This document shows, piece by piece, positions 46,801 to 56,816 of a stretch of 64,000 nt of DNA. Where the stretch lies: the IMG/VR virus record IMGVR_UViG_3300028786_000006, positions 1 to 64,000 of that record, one strand, 5' to 3'. Position numbers and translations under genes: made by a program. Under the pieces are notes generated by a model that was not told the origin of the DNA, did not search any database, and saw nothing but the letters and a program-made list of their open reading frames with translations. This DNA comes from a virus. Positions within the stretch are counted from its first letter, which is position 1; each line of letters begins with the position of its first letter.

Positions 46801-47331
46801 TCACAGTTGTTTGAATTTCGCTTCCGACATAAACTTCAGATTTACATAAATTCTTGCTGGAAATTGGTTGAAAACCTTACCCTTCGAGGATACGTTCAGG
46901 ATCATGTCCTGCTCGATCCGCACGTTGTTGCCGTTCTTGATACCGACGATGGCGAAGCGGCAACCGTTGATGTGGAGACATTCAGCTTTTTCCAGCTCAC
47001 CCATCTTACCTTCGATCTTGTTGGCCCAGGCCATCACGGTTTCGGTGGCGTGTGCTACAGCCATGCGCTCTACTGCTTCTGGGTTCAGGGCGTAGATTGC
47101 GGCGCCGTCACGGGTGCGGTTGCGGCTACCTTCGACCGGGTTAGTGCAGACAACCACGCGGCGGACGGTCTCGGTCCAGAGGCTGTAATACTTGCTGTTG
47201 GACACGTTGTCGAAGGTGTTGGTGAATTCACCAACCAGGAAATCGTACTGCTGGCCGATCAGGCGGGTGTAGTTGGCGGTCAGTTCTGGGATGCGGGCTT
47301 CGAGGGCGGCTTTCAGGGCTTCGGATTTCAT
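46801..47331 (-). CDS. hypothetical early protein
   Basis: TTGTAC-17-TATAAT promoter (~47367-47395); CACTGAGGA SD. Confidence 0.7.
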   Translation of the reverse strand: MKSEALKAALEARIPELTANYTRLIGQQYDFLVGEFTNTFDNVSNSKYYSLWTETVRRVVVCTNPVEGSRNRTRDGAAIYALNPEAVERMAVAHATETVMAWANKIEGKMGELEKAECLHINGCRFAIVGIKNGNNVRIEQDMILNVSSKGKVFNQFPARIYVNLKFMSEAKFKQL

Positions 47332-47424
47332 GGCTAGTTCCTCAGTGAACTCGTTTCGATGGGCCCATTATACCAGTGTTATTGAACCAGTACAACCCCC
47401 AAAAGTAAAATAGTTCAAACTATT

Positions 47425-47961
47425 TTACCAGTGACGCGGAAACTCCAGAACGTCACCGTCTTTTGCGCGAAGTACCCAGTTCTCGTCGATGCGCAGGAAC
47501 ACGCCCCGGTGTACGTCGCCATCGACCATCTTCTGGCAATACTTCGACACCCTGACGCCCCGGTCGGTCAGATACTTCAGACCATCGAAAGTGGATGGGC
47601 TCTTGTCCGACTTATAGAGCTGCTCGAACACCACGGCCTCGATCCTCGACTTGATGATCTCGCGAGCGCAGCCCAGGCAAGGCTCGTGGGTAACGACCAG
47701 CGTGGCCCCGGCGGCGGTTTCATGGATGTGGCGCAGCTTGTCTAGGCAGTTGATCTCGGCGTGGACGACATCTTCTTTGGTGACGTTGTTGATTTCACAC
47801 TCGTTGTCGTCTCCTGGGTATGTGCCATTATAACCACACCCCAGGGGGCTGTCGTGCTTGATCAGAACAGCCCCGACCTTGTTGCGCTTGGCTGAGCTCT
47901 GCATGGCATAGGCCCAGGCCGCTGCCATGTGGGCTCTCATGTTCTTCGGTTTGTAGCTCAT
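47425..47961 (-). CDS. cd: dCMP deaminase
   Basis: VGAV, GYNG, HAEIN, PCLGC. Confidence 0.92.
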   Translation of the reverse strand: MSYKPKNMRAHMAAAWAYAMQSSAKRNKVGAVLIKHDSPLGCGYNGTYPGDDNECEINNVTKEDVVHAEINCLDKLRHIHETAAGATLVVTHEPCLGCAREIIKSRIEAVVFEQLYKSDKSPSTFDGLKYLTDRGVRVSKYCQKMVDGDVHRGVFLRIDENWVLRAKDGDVLEFPRHW

Positions 47962-48566
47962 ACCACACCGCCCATGGCTTTCTGGAGGCGGAGGAAATCC
48001 AGTACCGAGTCATGGACAGGGTCATGGTAGACCATCTGTGGATAGTCCGACGGCTTCACACCGGCGTACCGGTCGTTGATGCCACAACCACGGAAGAAGC
48101 TGACGATCTCGGTGGTGTGGTGGTAGTGCCACGGCTCGCGGTCTTGCTGGCCACAGGTGATTTCGATGATGTGCTGGAGCTTCTTGAAGTCGAAGGCGTT
48201 CCGGTCAAACCACATCACCGAGCGCGGCTCAACCCCGAGCGAACGACAGAAGATGCTCATGGTGTCAGCGATCTTGTCCAGGGACAAGAACTCGGTTTCT
48301 GGGCGCACGGTGAAGGACTTCTCGCGGGCGGCGTCGGTTACGCTCTTGTCTTCACGCCACCAGTCGATGGTACGCTTCTCACGCACCCGGCCGCGCTTGG
48401 CCTGGTCCATCGGGTCTAACCGGAAGAACAGGCTCTGCTCTTGAGCCAGCTGGTCAAACGTGTAGTTCTTCGACAGATCAGCAACGACAAGCCCGACCGA
48501 CAGGACGATTGCATCGTCGTACCGGGCCAGGGTTTCAGTATCGAGCACGGCAATTGGATTTTCCAT
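47958..48566 (-). CDS. DEDD 3'-5' exonuclease (DexA-like)
   Basis: LDTETL, TIDWW, FDF, HDPVHD...D. Confidence 0.8.
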   Translation of the reverse strand: MENPIAVLDTETLARYDDAIVLSVGLVVADLSKNYTFDQLAQEQSLFFRLDPMDQAKRGRVREKRTIDWWREDKSVTDAAREKSFTVRPETEFLSLDKIADTMSIFCRSLGVEPRSVMWFDRNAFDFKKLQHIIEITCGQQDREPWHYHHTTEIVSFFRGCGINDRYAGVKPSDYPQMVYHDPVHDSVLDFLRLQKAMGGVV

Positions 48567-48574
48567 ACAGCTCC

Positions 48575-48874
48575 TTAATGTCGGTATTGAACCTGGCCGG
48601 CGATAGACCACGTAGGTTGGTTGATGCCGTCGTTGAACAGGCGGTACAGGTTGGGGTCAGGGCGGATGGCCAGGAGGGTCTCGTAATCTCCCTCTCCAGG
48701 GCTTGCATGTTTTGTGACGATAACGTTGGCCTTCAGCGGTAGACGCTCGTCCAGCTCCTGCAGGAAGTCCATGGTCTTCATCAATCGCCCTTGGATGTAG
48801 GCGGGCGGGTACTCTTTACAGACGAACGTGATATCACGAACACTGCCCGGCTCTTGAGGGACAGGTTTAATCAT
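48575..48874 (-). CDS. hypothetical protein
   Basis: AAGGAG SD. Confidence 0.55.
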   Translation of the reverse strand: MIKPVPQEPGSVRDITFVCKEYPPAYIQGRLMKTMDFLQELDERLPLKANVIVTKHASPGEGDYETLLAIRPDPNLYRLFNDGINQPTWSIAGQVQYRH

Positions 48875-48931
48875 TCTTTGCTCCTTGGTAAATACACGAT
48901 AACCATCCGGCCACCCCTAGAGGAACCAGCC

Positions 48932-49258
48932 ATGATCATCACTAGCGAATACACCCCCGTGGCCAACGCGGCACTTGTCGAACTGGCCCAGCACAATCTC
49001 TTCCGCATCCACGTTGGTGTGAAGTATTACAACCTGGTCTCAGGTTCCTACGTCGAAGTCAACCCAACTGCTGGGTCCATCGATGTGACGGTTTCCAAGC
49101 CGACGCTGCGGGCTCCGAAACCTGTGGGGACGTTGGTGGCGACCGATAAGGTAACCGATCTTGTCAACGATGGCCCTATCACGGCGCTTCAAGCTTCGAA
49201 AAACGTGAACATCGCCGGGGCCACCCACTACAAGCTCGTCATCGTCACCGAGCGGTAA
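48932..49258 (+). CDS. late, probably structural beta-rich protein
   Basis: TAAATA at 48889; GAGGA SD; terminator follows. Confidence 0.65.
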   Translation: MIITSEYTPVANAALVELAQHNLFRIHVGVKYYNLVSGSYVEVNPTAGSIDVTVSKPTLRAPKPVGTLVATDKVTDLVNDGPITALQASKNVNIAGATHYKLVIVTER

Positions 49259-49260
49259 CA

Positions 49261-49295
49261 GAAAGGGGAGCCGGCTTGCGCCAGGCTCCCTTTTT
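49261..49295. terminator. bidirectional terminator
   Basis: GGGAGCCGGC-TTGC-GCCAGGCTCCCTTTTT. Confidence 0.8.
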
Positions 49296-49297
49296 CG

Positions 49298-51436
49298 TTA
49301 TTCAGCCAACAGAACGGTGAAGTCGTCGCGCAGCTGGTACTTGATGACCTTCTCGAAATATTCGCTGAATTCATCTTCGCGCTGGGTCACCACCATCAGG
49401 TTGGTGCTGTTGGCCATCTGGGCTTCGAACATGCCCATGAAGTCCACCACGCCTTGCTGGCTCAGGTTTTCCAGCACTTCGTCGAGGATCAGCAGGTTGC
49501 AACTGATCGAACTTTTCATCGAGGCGATTTCGCGCCAGGTGAACAAGATGGCCAGGTCGATCCGGCGCTGTTGACCGGTAGACAGGTCATACAGGTTCTG
49601 GTTCTTGCGGGTAGGGTCCGCCATCTCGATATTGAAGTCTTCGTCCATGACGAAGTTGATGTACATGCCCATGCCATCCAGGATCTCATTGACCCGGCGG
49701 TTGAAGAATGGGATGTACTGCTTCACCACGTCGGCCTTCACGCCGTTGTCCTTCAGGATGATCAGCAGGTCGCTGTAGTTCCGCACTTCCGCCTTCAGGG
49801 CGTCATACTTGGATACCAGGGCTTCCTTCTGGGTGTTCAACTCCTCCTGCTCAACTTTGAGCTTCTTCAGCTGCTCGTCAGCACCTTGGTCCAGGTTGCG
49901 TTCGATGATGTCGCGCTGGGTCTTGATCTCCGCCTGGAGAACCAAGATCTGGCCGTCCAACGAAGCAATCGCCGCGTTAAACTCATTCAGCTTCGTTACG
50001 AAGGCCATGTTGGCCTCTTTCAACGGCACCCTTTCGGCTTCGAGCTGGGCAGTTGCCGCCTTCCATTCAACCCGGACGCTGTCCAGGGCGCCTTCCATTT
50101 CAGAAGAGATACCCTGTACCACGGCCGGGCCGCTGAGGGCTTCCAGCGCCGCTGTTTGGTCGCTCACGTCTTTGGAGATGGCCGCGATTTCGTCTTCAGT
50201 GGCCTTCTTGGCGTCCAGGACCGCTTGCTCAGCCTCGGTCAGTTTCGGGGCCAGGCGCTCCAGACCAGAATTCACTTCAGCCGCGCTGGTTTCCATCTCA
50301 CCAGCAATGCGGTCTTTGTGCGCGTCAGGTACAACCTGCATGCAAGTTGGGCAATCACCCAACGAGCGGAAGCTGTTAGCCTTCGATAGTTCACCGCTCG
50401 CCTTGCGTTCCAGGTCACCCTTGATACCACGCATGCGGGTCAGTTTGGAGCTGGCTTCGTCCTGGGCGGCCCGGCCGCGAGCCGATGCTTCTTCAGTGCG
50501 GGTACGCTGATCGGTGTTCAGCGTACGCAGTTGGGTCTGGTGGGACAGGTTGATCTGTTGGATCCTGTCGCTGAAGCCCTTGCGGGTTTCTTCCAGGTTC
50601 GCATTGAACTGGTCATCGACGGTCTTGATCGATGTCTGGATCGCGGAAAGCTTGTCGGCTTCTACGGCTGCCTCTTCTGCCGTCTCCTGCCGCTTCGCGT
50701 CTAACCGGCTACGAACGTCACCCTTCTTACTGAGATCATCCTCGAGCGCGGTAATACGCTCCCGAGCGCTGGTTACGATGTCGCCCCGGTTCGTGTTGTG
50801 CTGCTCTACCAGCCGGGTCACTGAACTCAGCTTTTGGTCTACCGCGGTCATTTCAAACTCGACATCGCTGACCTGGCGGGCCAACACCTTCATGTCTTCC
50901 TTGGCCACTTCGTTCATAGAGCCGAAGATGCCGGTGCTGAGCATTTCGTCGGCCACGTGGCGGCGGGTACTGGCATCCATCTTGATGAACGGAACGAAGC
51001 GGTCACGGCCCAGGGCGATGACGTTTTCGAAGATGACGTGGTCGAAGCCCAGGACTTCCAGCAGACGCTTCTGGTTGTCCGTGTTATCGGAATCGTTCTT
51101 CCACAACTCACCTTCTTCGTGGACTTCGAACACTGCAGGCTTCTGGCCCCGGCGGACCAGGTAGTTCTTCCCACGAGCTTCGAACTCAACTTCTACCAGG
51201 CTGTCCTTGTTGGACTTGCTGTTGATGAGGGAAGTCTTGCGGGCCTTCTCGCCGTACGCCTTGTCGAACAGGCCGTAGTACAGGGCCGAGATAGTCGTGG
51301 TCGACTTACCAGCGCCGTTGTCCACCGACACGACCAGGGTGGAAGGGTTCTCGATGAGGTCAACCTCAATGAAGCTTGCCCCCACCGATCGGAAGTTCTT
51401 GCTGCGGACCTTCTGCAGAATTACCTTGTGGCTCAT
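49298..51436 (-). CDS. gp46: recombination ATPase gp46 (Rad50/SbcC-like)
   Basis: NGAGKST, CPTC hook, LSTGQ, LILDE. Confidence 0.95.
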   Translation of the reverse strand: MSHKVILQKVRSKNFRSVGASFIEVDLIENPSTLVVSVDNGAGKSTTTISALYYGLFDKAYGEKARKTSLINSKSNKDSLVEVEFEARGKNYLVRRGQKPAVFEVHEEGELWKNDSDNTDNQKRLLEVLGFDHVIFENVIALGRDRFVPFIKMDASTRRHVADEMLSTGIFGSMNEVAKEDMKVLARQVSDVEFEMTAVDQKLSSVTRLVEQHNTNRGDIVTSARERITALEDDLSKKGDVRSRLDAKRQETAEEAAVEADKLSAIQTSIKTVDDQFNANLEETRKGFSDRIQQINLSHQTQLRTLNTDQRTRTEEASARGRAAQDEASSKLTRMRGIKGDLERKASGELSKANSFRSLGDCPTCMQVVPDAHKDRIAGEMETSAAEVNSGLERLAPKLTEAEQAVLDAKKATEDEIAAISKDVSDQTAALEALSGPAVVQGISSEMEGALDSVRVEWKAATAQLEAERVPLKEANMAFVTKLNEFNAAIASLDGQILVLQAEIKTQRDIIERNLDQGADEQLKKLKVEQEELNTQKEALVSKYDALKAEVRNYSDLLIILKDNGVKADVVKQYIPFFNRRVNEILDGMGMYINFVMDEDFNIEMADPTRKNQNLYDLSTGQQRRIDLAILFTWREIASMKSSISCNLLILDEVLENLSQQGVVDFMGMFEAQMANSTNLMVVTQREDEFSEYFEKVIKYQLRDDFTVLLAE

Positions 51437-52554
51437 ACCCGCTCCTCGGCGCGCTTCAGGACGTCAGCAGCAATCACCTTGAGGCGAGCCGCATCACTGA
51501 CCATTTCCTGGCGGTCGATGTAGTTGCTGACGACCTCGTTGGTCTTCAGGGTGTAGTTGATTTCGGAATGACCCGTACCGGCTTCAGTTTCAGCCTTCGT
51601 GGTTTCAACCATGATGGTCTTGTCGATCACCGCGTAGTCGATCAGCTCCAGCTTGTTGATGGCCGCGAGAAACTTCTTCATGTGGGCCGGCGTGCCGTGC
51701 TCGTTGATCAACACCTTCATTATGGTGCCTTTGAAGGCATCCAGCAATGAATCGTCAGTGTAGTCAGCCTTCGGGTCGTACTCGACCACAGAGAACATGG
51801 TCATCCATTCCGGGTTGTTGTTCTCGGTTTCTTCCATTGTGTCATGGTCGAGAACAGTGAAGCCCCGGTTGGCCCCGTCGACGTAATCGGCCCAGGTCAG
51901 GTGGTATGGTGCACCGATGTACCCGATGTTACGGCGGCGGCTGCGTGTGTGGTAATGGCCTGTCAACACCAGATCGAATCGATCGAAGATGCTGCTCTCC
52001 ATCCCATGCTCGCTCATGACACCGGAGTACATTGGGAACCCGGCCAGCTCAAGGTGGCCCACTACCACGTTTGCATCAACGGTGCGGAGGAACTCTAATG
52101 ACGCTTCGCGGTTTTCGTCGTTGATCCAGGGGAGCATGGCGATCTTGACGCCGTCCACCGGGGACACATACAGCTCAGCTTCGCGGTATGATTTGACCAG
52201 GCCGCCAGACAATCGATCAAGCAGCTCAACCCAGCTGATGCGGTTGGACTCACGGAGGGTGATGTCGTGGTTACCGGTGATGGCCATGATTTCGACGTCG
52301 ACGCCCTTGGCCTTCATCTGGTCCCGGTAGTTCTCCATCATTGGGAGCAACTTGGTGATGAGGAATTCGTAAACCCGGCCGTGTAGGGTCTTGCGGACAT
52401 CGAACAGGTCACCGACGAACACAACGCGAGCGATGCCCTGTTCGATCAGCTGGTCAAACATCCATTCCAACCACTGGGCCTGGAATTCCAGGAAGTGGTG
52501 ATTAGAGCTGCGAACCCCGAGGTGGAGGTCGCCAATCCATGCGGTACGCTTCAT
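51433..52554 (-). CDS. gp47: recombination nuclease gp47 (Mre11-like)
   Basis: GDLHLG, GDLFD, GNHD, GHLE, GHYH. Confidence 0.95.
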   Translation of the reverse strand: MKRTAWIGDLHLGVRSSNHHFLEFQAQWLEWMFDQLIEQGIARVVFVGDLFDVRKTLHGRVYEFLITKLLPMMENYRDQMKAKGVDVEIMAITGNHDITLRESNRISWVELLDRLSGGLVKSYREAELYVSPVDGVKIAMLPWINDENREASLEFLRTVDANVVVGHLELAGFPMYSGVMSEHGMESSIFDRFDLVLTGHYHTRSRRRNIGYIGAPYHLTWADYVDGANRGFTVLDHDTMEETENNNPEWMTMFSVVEYDPKADYTDDSLLDAFKGTIMKVLINEHGTPAHMKKFLAAINKLELIDYAVIDKTIMVETTKAETEAGTGHSEINYTLKTNEVVSNYIDRQEMVSDAARLKVIAADVLKRAEERV

Positions 52555-53243
52555 ACTTCAAGTGCCTCTTCAGACATATCAGGTTCTTCAGCAGCGAAGA
52601 ATTCATCGAAAATGGATCGCGCTTGCGGCGGGGCGGCGGCGCGGGCTTTTTCAGCGTTCTTGACCCGGGTCACTTCCATCTTCGCTTCATACTCAGCGAT
52701 TCTGGTCATGTAGTCCTGAGTGAAACCGGATTCTTCCAGGGTGGCCATGGTATCCACGTTGTCCATGTCGTCGCCCAGGGCGGCAAATCCACCGGCCATC
52801 TCGAACAGCTTCAGCTTGTAGTACTCTTGGCGCTGTTCCATCTGGATACGGTTACCGAAGGTGTTCATCACAATGCGAGTGATGTACGAGAAGGCGTTCG
52901 GCTTGCCGCTGCGAGTGATGGCGAACGGGTCGAAGTTGTGCAGGTATGCACAGCAGTTTTCGATCGCGTCTTCAATCATCTCTTCTTTGTAGCTGTACCG
53001 GTTGTAGTTGAACCGGGTCGCGATGTTGCGGCTGATCTTGAGGATGCACAGACCAACAAACTCTGGCATCTTCGGGCGCTTTTCGTCGCCATTGGCGGCC
53101 GCCGCGTTACACTTGATACGCCACTCGGATAGGGAAGCGCTCAGCTTCACGTTGTCGACATAATGCGGGCGGGCGGGCTCTTCGGCTTTCAGGCTGTCGA
53201 GGGTGAGGCTGTCAATATCTTCAATGTCAAACTTCTCAGCCAT
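52551..53243 (-). CDS. gp55: late sigma factor gp55
   Basis: HYVDN, NF..YSYKEEMIEDAIENC..Y..NFDP, NAFSYIT. Confidence 0.93.
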   Translation of the reverse strand: MAEKFDIEDIDSLTLDSLKAEEPARPHYVDNVKLSASLSEWRIKCNAAAANGDEKRPKMPEFVGLCILKISRNIATRFNYNRYSYKEEMIEDAIENCCAYLHNFDPFAITRSGKPNAFSYITRIVMNTFGNRIQMEQRQEYYKLKLFEMAGGFAALGDDMDNVDTMATLEESGFTQDYMTRIAEYEAKMEVTRVKNAEKARAAAPPQARSIFDEFFAAEEPDMSEEALEV

Positions 53244-53718
53244 TAGATCTCCGTACGCACAGACCAGGGAGGTCTATGGTTTCTGTTGAGTTATCGGATC
53301 CCGCGTTGGCCCAAACATCAGCCAGTTCGTTATTGGGTTCGCCGCTGTGGCCACGCTCCCATTTGACGGTATGCATGGTTTCATCCCAGAGGGAATAAAC
53401 TTCCTTCCAAAGTTCAAGGTTTTTAACCTTGGCCCCGGCGGACGTCTTCCAACCCCTGTGCTTCCAGCCCTTCATGTATTCAACGATACCTTTCTGAACA
53501 TACTGACTATCAGTAATGAACAGCAGAGGGGTATCACCTTTCCCGAACAGGCGGAGGGGTCGAATGAGTGCCAATAGCTCGCCGATGTTATTCGTCGAGG
53601 GGGCTGGTAGGTGGCCATATACCACGTGTGTCTTGTCGCGGATTTGAGTTACGAACGCCCAGCCTGCGCACTCGGTAGTCCGAGGTCGAGAGGAGCCATC
53701 CGTGTGGATAGTGAGCAT
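53236..53718 (-). CDS. ribonuclease HI
   Basis: TDGSS, TNNIGEL, TDSQYV, VKNLELW, GHSG...NELAD; TTGCCC-17-TATAAT promoter. Confidence 0.93.
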   Translation of the reverse strand: MLTIHTDGSSRPRTTECAGWAFVTQIRDKTHVVYGHLPAPSTNNIGELLALIRPLRLFGKGDTPLLFITDSQYVQKGIVEYMKGWKHRGWKTSAGAKVKNLELWKEVYSLWDETMHTVKWERGHSGEPNNELADVWANAGSDNSTETIDLPGLCVRRSNG

Positions 53719-53817
53719 AAAGAGGCCTCTTGAATACAGGCCTCCATTATACCACTCAAAGAGCTTCGGGGCAACGAATTACGCGGCCCGAGCGGGGAGT
53801 TGAGCCAACTATCGGGC

Positions 53818-54603
53818 TCAAGGGACGGATACTGGATCCTGGGGGATTGCCTTGTAGATCAGGCAGGAGGTGTCGTTGGCCGTCAGGGTAACCAGGGCGT
53901 TAGAACCGTGTTGGTCGATTGCGATGGTGATCAACAGGTTCTCGTCTTCTGTCTCGGCGTTCTGGAGCGCGATGGACACCGAGAAGGACGGACATTTGAC
54001 GTCCAATGATGGTACGTTACTGACCGGCGGCGAAACCACCAAATCAGTTGCATACGTGTTATCCTGATTCACCCGGATCATCAGCGAAGCCTTACGGGTC
54101 ATCGCGGTCGTATCAGGGATGAGGTATGCACGCAGGTCCATATCGACCCAGATGGTGTCCTCGACGTTCGTGGGGACAATCATCTTGAAGAAGTTCACGC
54201 GCCCTGTTACCGAAGTGACAGGCTCGTTCATCACGCTGAGCTTCCGACCATTCTCAGATACCAGGCCGGTAATCGCCTGGTACGACTGCTTGAGGTAGGA
54301 GCCGTCGGATTGCACCTGGTAGAGCCCGCGCTTGCGGGGGTCAGGGTCGGCCGTCACGTAACCGATCGCGTCTTGAGGGAGCGGAGGGATCGTCTCAATG
54401 AGTGATTCGTATGAGTCGAACTCCACAATGGGGTGAAAATACCCCGTACTGGCCATTCGCCGGGCAATAGCCCCAATGCTCTCGACCGGGCCGTTGTCGG
54501 TCTGCATGATCCCATTGCCATTGATGAAGAAGTTGAACTTCTGCGACAAATTCTTGACCACGTCGAGCGCGTTCTGTACACTGGTTTCTAGGCTATTTCC
54601 CAT
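53818..54603 (-). CDS. late virion protein with tail-fibre-like N-terminus
   Basis: FING....TDNGPVESI; TAAGTA late motif upstream. Confidence 0.55.
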   Translation of the reverse strand: MGNSLETSVQNALDVVKNLSQKFNFFINGNGIMQTDNGPVESIGAIARRMASTGYFHPIVEFDSYESLIETIPPLPQDAIGYVTADPDPRKRGLYQVQSDGSYLKQSYQAITGLVSENGRKLSVMNEPVTSVTGRVNFFKMIVPTNVEDTIWVDMDLRAYLIPDTTAMTRKASLMIRVNQDNTYATDLVVSPPVSNVPSLDVKCPSFSVSIALQNAETEDENLLITIAIDQHGSNALVTLTANDTSCLIYKAIPQDPVSVP

Positions 54604-54625
54604 GTTGAGGGTCTCTGAGCAGGGT

Positions 54626-54647
54626 TAAATACGTTCAACGATACTTA
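54626..54647. promoter_or_regulatory. paired late promoters (TAAATA on +, TAAGTA on -)
   Basis: between divergent genes; same layout as 10213-10236. Confidence 0.6.
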
Positions 54648-54672
54648 CACGACCACCGTTCCGGGGATCGAC

Positions 54673-55413
54673 ATGCTACCAACCAAATACAGATCACTGT
54701 TCACCGGCACCGAGATCGATCAGATTCTCCAGTCGGTGCGAGACAAGATCGACAAGTCTGCAATCACACAAGACTTCAGCAGCGGCGAGGCGGACCAAGT
54801 TGTGTCTGCAGCGGCTGTCAAAGCCCTGTCAGAAGCGTTCGACAACACTTTCACCCCTACCGGCGTGAAGGAACTTCTGGCCCAGGCCCCTGACTCCAAC
54901 ATCTTCACCGATGACGACAAGCGCAAGGTCGATGCGATCAACGTCCAGTTCAAGGGCACCGTGGTGGACATTCCATCGCGTGACGCCATCGACACCGCCC
55001 AGTACACCGGGGGTGAAGTCATCCTGGTTCTGCGTACGGCGGCCCGCACAACTGAATTCCAGTGGTGGGACGGCCTGACAGACTCATGGGAGCCCGTGAA
55101 TGCCGGCGTGGGTGACATTGAGACGGTAGTTCTGCCGACTGGTACCACTGTCATCGCCGGGTACGACTCCACTCTCATCTCTGGAGTCAAATACGTCATC
55201 CACGGCAAATCCGCCACTGGGGATTCCCATATGGCGGAGGTGATGATCGTGAGCAAGGGGGTTGAGATCAGCTTCTCGGTCTTCGCTGAGGTGGTGGCCG
55301 GCGTTGATGCATTCTACCTCTCTGTCACCAAAACGGGCGACGAGGTCGAACTCAATGTTACGACCACCACGGCTCTGACTTCAATCACTATCTTGAAGCA
55401 AGCCGAGTTTTAA
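54673..55413 (+). CDS. late virion structural protein
   Basis: FTGTEIDQIL N-terminus; VKYVIHG...HMAEV beta domain. Confidence 0.55.
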   Translation: MLPTKYRSLFTGTEIDQILQSVRDKIDKSAITQDFSSGEADQVVSAAAVKALSEAFDNTFTPTGVKELLAQAPDSNIFTDDDKRKVDAINVQFKGTVVDIPSRDAIDTAQYTGGEVILVLRTAARTTEFQWWDGLTDSWEPVNAGVGDIETVVLPTGTTVIAGYDSTLISGVKYVIHGKSATGDSHMAEVMIVSKGVEISFSVFAEVVAGVDAFYLSVTKTGDEVELNVTTTTALTSITILKQAEF

Positions 55414-56033
55414 GAATGCTTCGCACCCTTCCGGATCTTGTTCGAGCGGCCGTACCGGCGGGTGGTGTCGCGGATCGATTCGCTGGTGTCGATCAAAATG
55501 GCGTCGAGCTCAAAAACAGCCGGATCGATCTCATTGAGCTTGATCTGGTATTGCTTCTCGATGGCGGCTGAGAGGTCCTTCAAGGCATCCTTCACCCAGC
55601 CCTTGACCTTCTCTTCCTTCGACACGTAGGTCCCAGGAACGCACTTGTGGCGTGGGAGGCCGGCGAACAACTTCTTCTGCTTGATCAGCTCGTGGTAGAG
55701 CCAAGTCATGTGGCGGACGTACTGCTCGAGATACAGGCGGAAGTAGGACTGATGGCCCAGGTAGCAGCCCTCAAACTCGTCATCAGGGACCAGCGGGCAG
55801 TGATGCAGCCAAGGATTGCGGCCGATCGCCGCCGGGTTGAACGAATCGCCCAGGTCAAGGCTCACACGACCTTCCCAGGTCTCCGCTTTGCGGTTCCAGG
55901 TAGGGTTACGTCGGCCGACCACCTTGCCGTCAGGGGTGGCAGTGAAAAATTTGATACCGCGCAGAAAGCGGTCGTTCATTACACGAGGGCGGCGGGCGGA
56001 TTTGACGTTCTTGACCTGGACTTCGGCGTTCAT
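55410..56033 (-). CDS. hypothetical protein
   Basis: ATGA coupling; basic protein. Confidence 0.6.
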   Translation of the reverse strand: MNAEVQVKNVKSARRPRVMNDRFLRGIKFFTATPDGKVVGRRNPTWNRKAETWEGRVSLDLGDSFNPAAIGRNPWLHHCPLVPDDEFEGCYLGHQSYFRLYLEQYVRHMTWLYHELIKQKKLFAGLPRHKCVPGTYVSKEEKVKGWVKDALKDLSAAIEKQYQIKLNEIDPAVFELDAILIDTSESIRDTTRRYGRSNKIRKGAKHS

Positions 56034-56263
56034 AGTGTGACCCCAACGGAATTCAAATTGGTGGTGTAGTAGAGTTCGACAGCATTTTGAGCTGCGGTGA
56101 GGGTTTCGCGTTCTGTGTGGTTGAGGAGCGAATCAGGAATCGTGAGGCACAGGGATTCAGTCAAAACCGACAGTTCGTACATCTTGTCACGGAAACCATG
56201 GCTTTTCCGGTCTTTAGCCGGGGTGGCGTTGATCTCTTTGAGCAGTTTAGTCAATCGTTGCAT
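56030..56263 (-). CDS. hypothetical protein
   Basis: ATG 4 nt after the upstream micro-ORF stop. Confidence 0.5.
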   Translation of the reverse strand: MQRLTKLLKEINATPAKDRKSHGFRDKMYELSVLTESLCLTIPDSLLNHTERETLTAAQNAVELYYTTNLNSVGVTL

Positions 56264-56267
56264 GTGT

Positions 56268-56342
56268 TCAAACCAGGGCCGGGGCGGCGTGGCATGCAGC
56301 CAGCGCAAAGGCCATCAAAGTGAGTTGAATTACGGCCTTCAT
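56268..56342 (-). CDS. 24-aa lipobox-containing micro-ORF
   Basis: GAGGA SD; MKAVIQLTLMAFALAACHAAPALV. Confidence 0.45.
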   Translation of the reverse strand: MKAVIQLTLMAFALAACHAAPALV

Positions 56343-56437
56343 TTGAAGGGTCCTCTATGTGTTCTATGGGGCCTAAATTACCTTAGAATCAGGGACTTAG
56401 ACAACATCCCCAGTACTCAACATCAAGGATCAAACTT

Positions 56438-56629
56438 ATGGGCCGTATCACCGAATTCAAACTACGTGCAGTTATCACTTCAACCGGTCAAGAGATTGAA
56501 GGTTTTTATCCTGTTCCACACTACGCCGAAATGGTTGAGTCTGGAATGAGCGAAGCTGAAATCCAGCTTGCGGTCATGGACGAATGGCTGGCAACCCAAG
56601 TGTCTATCGTCGAGGCCAAGAAAGTATGA
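56438..56629 (+). CDS. hypothetical protein
   Basis: AAGGA SD. Confidence 0.6.
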   Translation: MGRITEFKLRAVITSTGQEIEGFYPVPHYAEMVESGMSEAEIQLAVMDEWLATQVSIVEAKKV

Positions 56630-56775
56630 AACCACATGCAGTCCTCATGGCTCTGCTGCTCGTCATCAACCTCTTGACGTTCGGTCAGTACCCCGTAACG
56701 CTCGAGCAACGATACCCGCGTTGGAACTCAAACGGCGCCCATTACATTGTTCGGGCACCTCGACATCGCTACTGA
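56626..56775 (+). CDS. small signal-anchored protein
   Basis: ATGA overlap; VLMALLLVINLLTFG; terminator at 56782-56816. Confidence 0.5.
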   Translation: MKPHAVLMALLLVINLLTFGQYPVTLEQRYPRWNSNGAHYIVRAPRHRY

Positions 56776-56816
56776 AAAATCAAAAGGCCGACCTGGTTTC
56801 CCAGGTCGGCCTTTTT

